A stretch of DNA of 20,400 nucleotides from Spirogloea muscicola (taxonomy: Eukaryota). Within the stretch, counting starts at the first letter, position 1; every line of letters starts with the position of its first letter. The stretch lies in contig WELB01000006.1 in NCBI GenBank assembly GCA_009602725.1, positions 784,344 through 804,743 on the forward strand, read 5' to 3'. The notes beneath the pieces are model-generated. The model saw nothing but the letters and a program-made list of their open reading frames with translations, did not search any database and was not told the DNA's origin. Positions 1-8,835 of this stretch are shown here, piece after piece. A program made the position numbers and the translations under genes.

Positions 1-86
1 AGCGCTGTTTAAGGCCGTATTACCCTTACATATCTGGTGCTGAACTCTTCACCAATCTGAGCTTGACTTGTGGCTCCTATTGGCAG

Positions 87-512
87 ATTCTCCTGGTAGA
101 ACTTGGATTCTTGCACAAGTTTGCAACAACAACCAGCCTAGATTGGCAGGAGTGGTTGTTTTGCGTGATTGCTGGCGTTCTTGCGTGAGCTTGACTTGAC
201 CTCGCCTGTAGTGAAGCCTTGTGATCGGAAGTTATAAGAGTCCCTATTTATAAGCTGCCTGAAGCTTAAGGGCGCTCATAAGTGTCTGAGAGGTTACTGA
301 CTGCCTCGTGCCTTCATCTTGAACTGTTTTCGTGCAGACTGCCGTTGGCCATGCTAGTCAAGCTCATACCTGTTCCAAAGAAGGAGCTGTTTGCCACTAT
401 CAAAACGCCAAGGTTTCTGAGATTCAGGGCGAAGAAGATGAGAGCAGATGACGATGCAGATGCAGCAACGGGTCAGTCCAAAAACGATAAATGCCTACGC
501 CTTGAAGAGTGA
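87..512 (+). CDS. P2B-type (ACA/PMCA-like) Ca2+-transporting ATPase, last two exons (87-184, 338-512); 5' part outside window
   Basis: AG/GT-bounded exons splice in frame to ILLVELGFLHKFATTTSLDWQEWLFCVIAGVLALPLAMLVKLIPVPKK...EE*. This matches the TM9-TM10 and KLIPV end of plant autoinhibited Ca2+-ATPases as I recall it. Confidence 0.85.
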
Positions 513-1027
513 AATCATGTTGGCCAAGGTTGATTGCATTGTACTTACAATGGCTCCTACAATCTTTAGGCAGCGAGCTGCCTAAAGATGCATGCACTTT
601 CTCACAGACATGTTCATGTGATGCAGTGGAAGATGCAGCCACCAATAACTCATTGCAAGACTCATCTTCCCATCGAGCCGGCAAGCCAAGCCTGAATACC
701 GGTGCACCACTTGAGAACGGCAATGGCAGTATACCAAGTAGAGTGGCTGTTCCATAGGGCTCCAGTAGGGCTCCACCGTAGTGTACACTCGACATAGGCA
801 TAGGCGCCAGATTATGCACGGAGGCACCGTAGCTGTATGCTATTATTGAAAACAGGTGTTCATGGGCAAGATTTTTAGGACAATTCAATTGATGTGTTAA
901 GCGGGGACACAAACCCGCTCAATTGTCACACTTCTCCATACAACTGGCCATAGAAACACCTGGCCCTGTTGTGGCAGAGGTTCTTGTAAAGAGTGCTACA
1001 AGCAAGCCCACAGCAGCATTTTGGTGC

Positions 1028-4000
1028 TCAAAAGGCCCCTGAGGTTGCCATTAAGGACTTGTAGAGAGTCTCTCCATGTACTGAACTAGAGGCACTGACT
1101 CGGAGCACCTTAGCCGCAGCTCTGAGGTGAGATGTTGCGGAGAACGATGGCGAGGCGGAAGGTGGCAGTACCTTCTCGCGCTTCTGTGCCTGCTGCTCGC
1201 TCTGCACTGACGCCCCCAGTGCTCGGGCTAGTTCGTCCAGGCTCACAGGCACGGACTGCGTCCTGGGCACTGCACCATCAGCTGTCCCTTTCCTAATGGC
1301 ATGCTTGGACGACTGTTGGCCGGGTGGCGATGGCGACAACCAGGTCGTGATGCCAGCCCAGGCGACACTCCGCTGCGAACCATCCAGCTTGGCTTGCCAG
1401 TTCAGGTGCCGCAGTGCCAGTCGCCGGCACTCCAACAAGTCCAAAAAGAGCTGCTTGCCAAAGACAGTCTCGGCAGTGGTGGTCAACTGGCCGCCCAGCA
1501 TGGCTGACCACAGTCCCAGAAGCTGCTCTCGCTGCATGCGAAGGCCCAGGTCAAGCAAAACACGCTCCAACTCCGGGAGCGTGATCTGGATCTCGCCTGC
1601 ATCACTCTTGTGCGCCTGGATCTCTGCCGCTAGCTGGTCCAGGACCTTGGTCTGTACGGTTGCCGACAAGAGCACAACGGCTGCTTGCTGGAACTGATCA
1701 CCAGGTGAAATGCGACGGTCAGTCAGCATGTTTTGTTTTGACAGCCTACGTTCAGCAACATGAGAATCTGCAGCAGTTAAACAAGGACTTGCAGCTCTTT
1801 CTGAGCACTCTTTCAAGGTCCTGCCGCTGTTGTGACTTGGCAAATCAGTAACATGAGCGGCAATCAGAACTTGCTCAATCTGAGAGGACCCGTCCAGGCA
1901 GGGCCCAGCATGCTGGATATGCTGCAATCTAATCCATAGGCGTAAGCAATCAGACAAAAAGCCATTGAAATATGAGGGCAGCTGACCTTATTCGCAAGGG
2001 CGAACGACCGCATGTTGCGGATGGAGCCTTCCAGGTTGCGAGTGCTAAGAGGCACAGTACCCGAGACCCAGGGATGCTCGAGTGCATCGGCAGCCTCCAG
2101 CCGAAGTGATGGGTCAGGCTCCAGGAGCTTCACCAGAAGGTCCGTCAGCTCCGCTGATGAGGAGCTGGGCAGTGCCACCACCTTGCCAGCCTGCCATGCA
2201 CGGGGTCTAGTCAGAGCTGATCAAGCAACTACAATGAAGTATCCGAAGCAGCTACCGAATCAGCTGTACACCATACTGTTGTCGGAAGCCAGACATTCTC
2301 CAGGCAAGCTATATCTGAGGAGGATCTCACCTGCAGGTTCAGCCACGTCTGGTTGGCCTGCACGTTGCGGCTGTTGAGGACAGGCGGCAGGCCTGTGACA
2401 AGGACATGAATGATGGCACCCACGCTCCACAAGTCCACCTCCTTGCTGTATGAACGTGTCCAGACCTCCGGGGCGGAGTAAAATGCCGTCCCCATGAAGT
2501 CGGTAAGCTTAGCGTCGTCATCCACGATGGCCGCACTGCCAAAGTCCACAACCTTGATGTGCAGCCCGTCCTTGGTGGCGAGGAGGATGTTTTCCAGCTT
2601 CTGCTGACCAGCCAGCAGATCAAGAGGCCCCTGTCAATCTCTGCACCCGGCATATTCTTAGAGCTAAGGCTCAGCTAACCAGGGCCACTTCAGATTCTAT
2701 CCTATCTGCTGTTGTCAGAGCGGCAGTGCACCCTGCAGTCCTGACTCTTATCAATGCTACTCCCAGGTTGTGTGCGGCATCTTCACACCAGGTCGCGGTG
2801 CACAACTCCCCGGGCGTGGCAGTGAGCCACGGCCTTCAGCAGACCCCTGCCTGCGATGCCGCCATGGTGCCAGCTGCTTTTATGCCTCAGCCTGCTGCCA
2901 GCGCTGTTGTACTGAGCTGACGGCAAAGCTCAAGCTGCAGCCGGAGGGGTCCACTTCCGAGCTACTCGGGAGCGCAGTGTGTGCACATGCCAATTTCTGC
3001 GGCGTCCTGCTCGGAGAAAAGCTCCTGTGTGGCCAGATGCTGGAAGAGGTCCCCGCCAGTCGCAAGCTCCAGGACGAGGTAGAGGTAGTTACTGTCCTCG
3101 TACGTGGCGTACAGCTCCACAATCTGGCTGCAAGCTGGCAGGCCTTCCCACACCTAGGCAGCCCGCCGTCGCACGACAGCCATGCTTGGCAGTCAGGACG
3201 GAGGGCCCAAACCACGGTGCCGGAGGATGGTGCAGTGCACCACAGAACGAACCGATGGGGGCAGAGATGGGCGCCGGCAGCCCCGCAGGTCAGCAGGAGC
3301 AGCAGTTGTGTCCAGAAGTCGCACTGATGACAACACTAAGGGCCGTCGACTCTGAGTGACTATGCCAAGTGCGGCACCCAGGTCCACCCACAACGTTCCA
3401 GCAAGTGGCGGCAAGGTGGGGGGTGGGTCCGGCAGGCGAGCGGCAGCGGCGGGCTGGCAGCAATTGGCCGCGAGTATGAGAGATGTGAGCCTCACCCGCT
3501 GCAAGGCCGCCACCTCGGACGTCTGTGCAGGCGGGCACGGAACGAAGCAGGCACAGCCCACTAGCCGGACGTCAATGCCCGTCAGAAAAGCAGGCCTGCC
3601 GGAGCTGCCGGTAGGCAGGCCAGCCCGGGCGCGCAGTGCAGCGAAGGAGAGTGGGGCAGGCGGGCGCCTTGGGCAGAGCCGGGGAGGGCGCACCCGGGAG
3701 ATGCGGGCGGGCCGGCGGGCGAGAGCGCGCTTGGAGCAGGCCTTGACGGCGACGCGGCGGCCGGTGCGCCGCTCCACGGCCAGCCTGGTGGCCGCCGGCG
3801 GGGGCGAGCCTCAGGAGGAGCAAGACTGCGTGCTGGTTACAGACGTCCAGGCGGAGTGGTTCGAGATGTGCCTTTAGTGGGGCAGCGCCGTCAGGACGGC
3901 CTTGGGCGCGGTGCGGGCTGTGGCGGGGAGAGGCGGGCCTGACGGTGGCGGCGCGGCCGTAGCCGAGAGCGCCGCCCAGCAGGCGGTAGTCGTCCGCCAG

Positions 4001-4050
4001 GCGCGCGCCGCCGCCGCCCACCTTCGCGCCGCCCGCCAGCCACGCCTCGC
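1028..4050 (-). CDS. CAMK-group Ser/Thr kinase, CDPK-related. Exons about 4050-3939, 3784-3694, 3522-3496, 3153-2991 (or 2987), 2850 (or 2846)-2789, 2600-2331, 2190-1987, 1693-1028; start codon not seen (N at 4051)
   Basis: Spliced product has all kinase subdomains in order: LGYGRAATV, VAVK, EVAAL, IVELYATYED, LVLELATGGDLF, HRDL|KLENILL, DFG, GTAFYSAPE, DLWSVG, R..AADALEHPW. These are followed by a junction-like MRSFALANK|FQQAAVVLL. Confidence 0.88.
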
Positions 4051-4429
4051 NCCGCCGCCGCCGTAGCAGCGGCCTGGCTGCCCGGGCCAGCCGGGGGACG
4101 GGTTTGGTCGGGCGGCCGAGTTAGCCGGCTCGTGGGCCACAAGCTTGTACCCCGGCGAGGATGGGAAGGGAGGCTAAGGCAAGCCAGTACACGTGTGGGC
4201 AGGACAAGGGAAAACCCAACAGGCGGGCTAACGGCAACCGAACGACAGCCACACCCGAAGCCGGGCGAATGTTAGAAATTATGCATTAGCTCCTCCTATG
4301 TACCAGCCAGCTGATTACCCAGTTAACAGGACATTTGTAAGGCTAGAATTGGCCTCCCTTTCAATTCCATGCGCACCGCGCGCGCCTTCTCTCTTTAGCC
4401 TTCATATTCTTTTTTGGTGTCCCGCTTAG

Positions 4430-5057
4430 GGCAGCACCTGCCGCTTCCAGGGGCGGCTTGCCCGGATCATCGGGGTGACACGCAGGCAGATCACATGTGT
4501 GAGGGTGTGCATCACGCCTGTGGACTCACTGGCTTGACGGGGCACCTTCGAACCGGCCGTGCTCTCGCTGCGGCCTCCGGCTTTCGTCAGGGGGATAGTT
4601 TACCGGCAGCTAGTCTGTCGGATGTGAGGCTCCTCACTCGTAACTACTAAGTGGTCCATCCTCCCCCGTTCTGCCATAGCCTCTTCAGGCCCCGCAGTCG
4701 CTGCTTAGCTCGTAGTTTGGCCCCTTCGAACCTTGTCAATTCTTTTCGGGCTGGCTTCTCACAGCCCTTGCCCCCTTTGGGAGAGCCACTTCTTCTTCGA
4801 GCCCGCTCTGCAGCCGGCTCCCTGCCCGACTACCTAAACGGACACCTTCGGCCGGCTCTGCAGCCGGCCCCTCGGCCCCCCAGCGGGCTGACCCGCCGGG
4901 ACCCACTGTGTCTTGCATTCTTTCCATCCATACAGAAGGGGGTCGAGTTAGCACAAGCTCACTAACTCTAGCAGAAGCCACCGTCCTCCTTTTGTTCATT
5001 CTTTCTGGGCTGGCTTTTTCCAGCCCCTATCCTCAATGGGCGAGCCCTTCTTCTTTT
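4430..5057 (+). mobile_element. Two head-to-tail degenerate element 3' ends: ORF tail 4552-4650, terminal motif copies at about 4728-4797 and 4991-5057
   Basis: ORF end TGRALAAASGFRQGDSLPAASLSDVRLLTRNY* is homologous to 15260-15358 and 5857-5759. Motif cores are GGGCTGGCTTCTCACAGCCC (4748) and GGGCTGGCTTTTTCCAGCCC (5007), each followed by a CTTCTT tail. The mobile-element class and the left boundary are inferred. Confidence 0.6.
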
Positions 5058-5384
5058 GCCCACTGCTCCTCCTTGCTTGCCAGCGCCCACGCCACCTGCC
5101 TTGAGTCGCTGCCGGCCTGCTTCCTGCCGGACTCTGCCGCCATCACCGCCATGGGCAAGAAGGCTGTCTTTGCCGAGGGCAAGAAGGCGAGGAAGGAGCG
5201 CGGTGCTCCCTTCAAGAGCACCGCGGCTTCATCGCCTGAGCCTCAAGCTTCATCGTCGCCTGAGCCCCAACCAAGTGATGGTGATACTCCGGGTCCTCAG
5301 CATTCATTTAGCCCTAATACGACTCTAACGATCAGCCCAGCTCAACAAAGAGTACAATCCTGCTTCTGACGCCATCCGGCCCTT

Positions 5385-5452
5385 CAGACCTTGTCCTTCG
5401 GGCTGGCCTCTCAGCCATTGCGCTAAACTGGAAAAGCTGTTCTATGAAGGGA
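5385..5452 (+). repeat. Copy of the ~70-nt hairpin motif
   Basis: GACCTTGTCCTTCGGGCTGGCCTCTCAGCCATTGCGC...GGAAAAGCTGTTCT aligns with the other copies. Confidence 0.75.
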
Positions 5453-5485
5453 CTCTGGTACTTACGAGTGAGCACACAGAGCACA

Positions 5486-5522
5486 TACATAGCCGCCAGA
5501 TTCCTCATCTGGCAGCTATGTA
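5486..5522. repeat. Near-perfect inverted repeat, 16-bp arms (15/16 match) with a 5-nt loop
   Basis: TACATAGCCGCCAGAT-tcctc-ATCTGGCAGCTATGTA. Confidence 0.9.
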
Positions 5523-5577
5523 GCTATGGAGCGTGTGTTGAGTGACGGAGGGCCTGTGTGGCCAAGTACAAAGAATT

Positions 5578-6240
5578 GGGAAAAGTAAGCTCTTAAAAGT
5601 AAGGCAATGGCTGTGGGAGGCCAGCCCAAAGGAATGTACAAGGTCCAAAAGGGAAAGACTCTTACAGTAGAGGGCGATGGCTGTGATTGGCCAGCCCAGA
5701 AAAGTACGAAGGCAAGCACATCGACAGATGTACATCGCCCTCTGCTAAGCTGACCCGCTCAGTAACCACGAGTCACCACGTAGAGGTCGCTAGCTGATGC
5801 CCACATACCGGACTGCATATGACGAGCCCCTCTACCACCAGCTAAAGCTCGACCAGCTTTCTGGTGCAAAGCACAAATGCATCTTTCGCCAAATTTTCAG
5901 CGCTCCCAAGCTTTGGCAATCAACAGCGCGCTGGGCGTGCACTTATCCAGGCCATTGGCTTCAGTGGCGGTGCTCTGGCTCCCCAACTTAGCCTGTCGGA
6001 TTTGCATAAGCTCATTCGTTGATACGAAGAAGGAACATCTCTTCAAAGATAAGGCAATGGCTGTGAGAGACCAGCCCACACATATGAACAAGGAGTGACG
6101 TCCCCCTTCAGCCGGTTTTGCACAACTACATAGCCCCCAGCAGCATAGGGGTTCGCTTTCTGTAGCCCCACTCTTTGCAATCGCTTTTGCCTCAACAATG
6201 TACTGGCTTGATGTGGCCTCCGTTCATCTTTTAGCAAAAC
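5578..6240 (-). mobile_element. Minus-strand head-to-tail array of element 3' ends: motif at about 6092-6025, ORF remnant about 6020-5759 (one in-frame stop at 5899-5897), motifs at about 5710-5650 and 5648-5578
   Basis: Reverse strand reads LLIAKAWER*KFGERCICALHQKAGRALAGGRGARHMQSGMWASASDLYVVTRGY*. Three copies of GGGCTGGYCWMYCACAGCCATYGCCYT, two of them in tandem with a 70-nt period (CCAGCCC at 5621 and 5691). Confidence 0.6.
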
Positions 6241-6351
6241 GCGCGCCCTCTCTCCCCCTAAATCGCAAACCCTAACATTTAAACCCACGCTCCAATTCCT
6301 GGAGCGCCTACCGGCGGCCATTTCAGACCCAAGGGTGCGCCTATTTTCTTT

Positions 6352-6450
6352 TTAGACCTTGTGCACTTCGTTTGGGCTAACCATGGCCTTACTTCGTATT
6401 TTCGGGGTGGCTTTCACTGCCCACCGCCCCATTGGAATAGCTTACTTCTA
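6352..6450 (+). repeat. Degenerate copy of the ~70-nt motif, with a partial copy just upstream
   Basis: TAGACCTTGTGCACTTCGTTTGGGCT followed by TTTTCGGGGTGGCTTTCACTGCCCACCGCCCCATTGGAATAGCTTACTTCT. Confidence 0.5.
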
Positions 6451-7290
6451 CTATGAACGATTTGTTTCTTCTCCACCGGAAAAGAGAGAGAAGACGCACG
6501 GTGCGCATGAAATTGAATGGGAGGCCAACTCTAGCCTTACAAATGTACCACCGGGGAAGAAGTGTACTGGCTTGGTTTGAACCTCACTTCTGTTACATGC
6601 GAAGCACGCACCTTCTCTCTTCTTCAACTATGCCATCCACAACTCTTTCAAGACGAACCCTGAGGCCTATCTGACGCTCCTGCTATTGTGCCTAGGCCTG
6701 CCGCCCATCTGCCTGATCGGACTCAGTCAGTGTGAGTGCCGCTTCCAAGCGGAGGGCGGAGACCTGGCTACGCATAAGCTCTGCGATGCCCCACTGGCCC
6801 CCAAGTGGTGAGCGTTCACAATCTCCTACAGAACCCCCTGGCGGAATTGATGCGTGACGCCGGCCACCGCGCTCACAGGATTGCCTTTCTTTGAGAGAGC
6901 TCTTTCTCTTTTGGCCTTGCATTTCACAGCTATCGCCTCTTTTTGGAAATGCTTCTTCTGTCTACTAGCCCCACGAATCAACTGCAGAGCATGCAGGCCT
7001 GGGCGCTCCTGACGACGCTGCTCCGACCAATATTACAGTCTCTGCATAGGGAGAACCAGGCAGGCCGTTCGGCCCTCGCAGCAATGGCCACATCCCAAGC
7101 TTGTCAAGTGCAAAGGCAGCCAGCAGGTGGCAGCGAAGAACGGAAGGGGCGAGAGGCTGCGGCCTTGGAGGTTGGAAGTGAGCCTCGTCTGCTTAAAGGG
7201 GACGTGTGGCTGCTGTGGCAGCAGTCTCTGGCTTGCGAAACGGGGTTGCTCTTCCTCCCCTCAGCTGATCTGCCTTCCTATTGCTGATAC

Positions 7291-7321
7291 AAGGGTACTA
7301 AGATGGGGAAGGGTACTAAGA
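7291..7321 (+). repeat. 13-bp direct repeat, 18-nt period
   Basis: AAGGGTACTAAGA at 7291-7303 and 7309-7321. Confidence 0.85.
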
Positions 7322-7986
7322 GCGCCCTGTCTGCCTAGCCTGTGGCTCCGGAAACATAATTTTTGAACACCCTCTGCATGCACCTGGCTGATTCTTACAG
7401 CCGCTCTTTAGTATCAGTAGGCGCATACTTACTTATCTTTCTGTCTCACGAACTCGTGGGAATAATTTGACTAATTGCCGAGGCAGCGATGACCAAGCGG
7501 GGCACCCACTTACCGTGGCAGCGACGGCACATCCGCCGCGGCGATCGGGGGCGGCCAAAGTGGTCGGCGGCGACGGCCGGTCAGACGGCGGGAGGCACTT
7601 CATCTGTTTTCGAGCTCACACGCGGCCACGGAGCAGCTGGCAGGAGGTCGTCCCCGCCTCGTCCAACTTCCGCCTCTGACCTTTTCCGTGCTGACGAGTA
7701 GCTCGAAAGGAGGGCAGCACGGATCGCAGCCCGCCAAGTGGCGCATCATCGACGCACCGCTCGCGCATTGCGACACTTGGCCGCAAGTCGGCCCGCTTGG
7801 CCAGCGCTAGCCGACGACGCGAAGAGCAAACGAGAGAAGGCGCGTTGTGCAGAGGATCATAAGTTAGGCGATGTCGAGCAACTACACAGCTCACATGCAA
7901 CAAGGCAAAGGAGGTGCAGGCATTCGGGCTACGTTTAGTGAAGCACTAGGTTGATTAGGGCCAAGGCAAAATTCATGCCGAGGCGT

Positions 7987-8056
7987 TTGGACCTTCAAAA
8001 TTCTGTGGGCTGGCTCTTTTCCCAGCCCTCGTTCCCTTTGAAGAAGCTACTTCTTT
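7987..8056 (+). repeat. Copy of the ~70-nt hairpin motif
   Basis: TTGGACCTTCAAAATTCTGTGGGCTGGCTCTTTTCCCAGCCC...TTTGAAGAAGCTACTTCTTT, with a 7-bp stem GGGCTGG/CCAGCCC. Confidence 0.7.
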
Positions 8057-8399
8057 CAAGGAAGCAGGGCCAAAACGTGATTACAGGGGGACTGAATAGG
8101 CGACAAGACGTATACGTGCCACGGCCCGCTCGCCGGGGCTGCCTAGTGCATCCAATCCAAATGGCAAATCCACTTAAGACTCTCTCGTCCTCCCCTGCAC
8201 TTTCAACCTCTCCCACACATTGGCACTTCGCTTTTTGTACATCCATCGTTTGCACTCTCTACGCCTTTTGGCATGATCAGCATGTCGGCTTGGCCTTGCG
8301 AATTATGTGCACCGCTCGCCTTTCCTCTGTAATCACCGTCTGCCGACGCCGAGGGGGCAGCCCCTCTGCGTCCTCACGGTTGTCTGGCTCCAGTAGCCG

Positions 8400-8463
8400 T
8401 TTTTCATTCCTCTTGGGCTGGCCCTTACAGCCATCGCCTGCTTTGGAAGAGCGGCTTCCCTTT
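8400..8463 (+). repeat. Copy of the ~70-nt hairpin motif
   Basis: TTCATTCCTCTTGGGCTGGCCCTTACAGCCATCGCCTGCTTTGGAAGAGCGGCTTCCCTTT. Confidence 0.75.
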
Positions 8464-8835
8464 GACAGCCATGGCCTCCCGACGACAATGGCACCGCTTG
8501 CCCTCGTCGACGCCGAAGCCGCAACCGTCACTGACGGCATGGCCCCAGCAGGAGCTGGCCTCCCCGGCGCGGCTTTCCCTGGCCTGCCGGCTGATGGGCC
8601 ATGCACGGCGCCGTCAGCCGCATCTGCCGCCCCGCTGCCGCTGCGGCCTCCGCTTCACCCATTGGGCTTGTTCCTTCATTGGGCGCGCCGTCGTCACGAC
8701 GACGCCGCTACTCCCCACTCAGCCGCTTTTGAGTGGTTTTGAGTGCAAAACGCCACCCGCTCCCCAGCACCCTCGGCACCCGCCTGCTCGCCGCCGCCCC
8801 GGCCAGCCCGGCCACCGCGCGCCCGCCCCGCCGCC

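Noticed and set aside
1694..1957. N-terminal part of the 309-aa ORF as coding
   Set aside because: Splicing 1987 to 1693 restores the CDPK-like junction, so this part is most likely an open-frame intron.
4269..4430. TGTTAG... as an LTR start and TGGTGTCCC as a primer-binding site
   Set aside because: No second LTR, no CA before the TGG, and no gag or pol remnants seen.
4534..4650. ORF tail as a tyrosine recombinase box II (H..R...Y spacing) or an IscB C-terminus
   Set aside because: HLR lacks the HxxR spacing, the Arg is Lys in the minus-strand copy, and the second His/Trp is absent. The IscB resemblance is only a few residues, with no RuvC or HNH evidence. An RLE-type tail fits better, though it is unproven.
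5505..6091. Repeated peptide LGWPxTAIAL in minus-strand ORFs
   Set aside because: It is just the translation of the DNA motif. The 70-nt period and indels between copies break the frame.
6267..6286. AAACCCTAA telo-box or telomere-like sequence
   Set aside because: A single short match inside a decayed element region with no adjacent gene start, compatible with chance.
4728..8463. Hairpin repeats as a CRISPR-like array
   Set aside because: Copies are diverged, irregularly spaced and on both strands. No cas genes are present and the context is eukaryotic.
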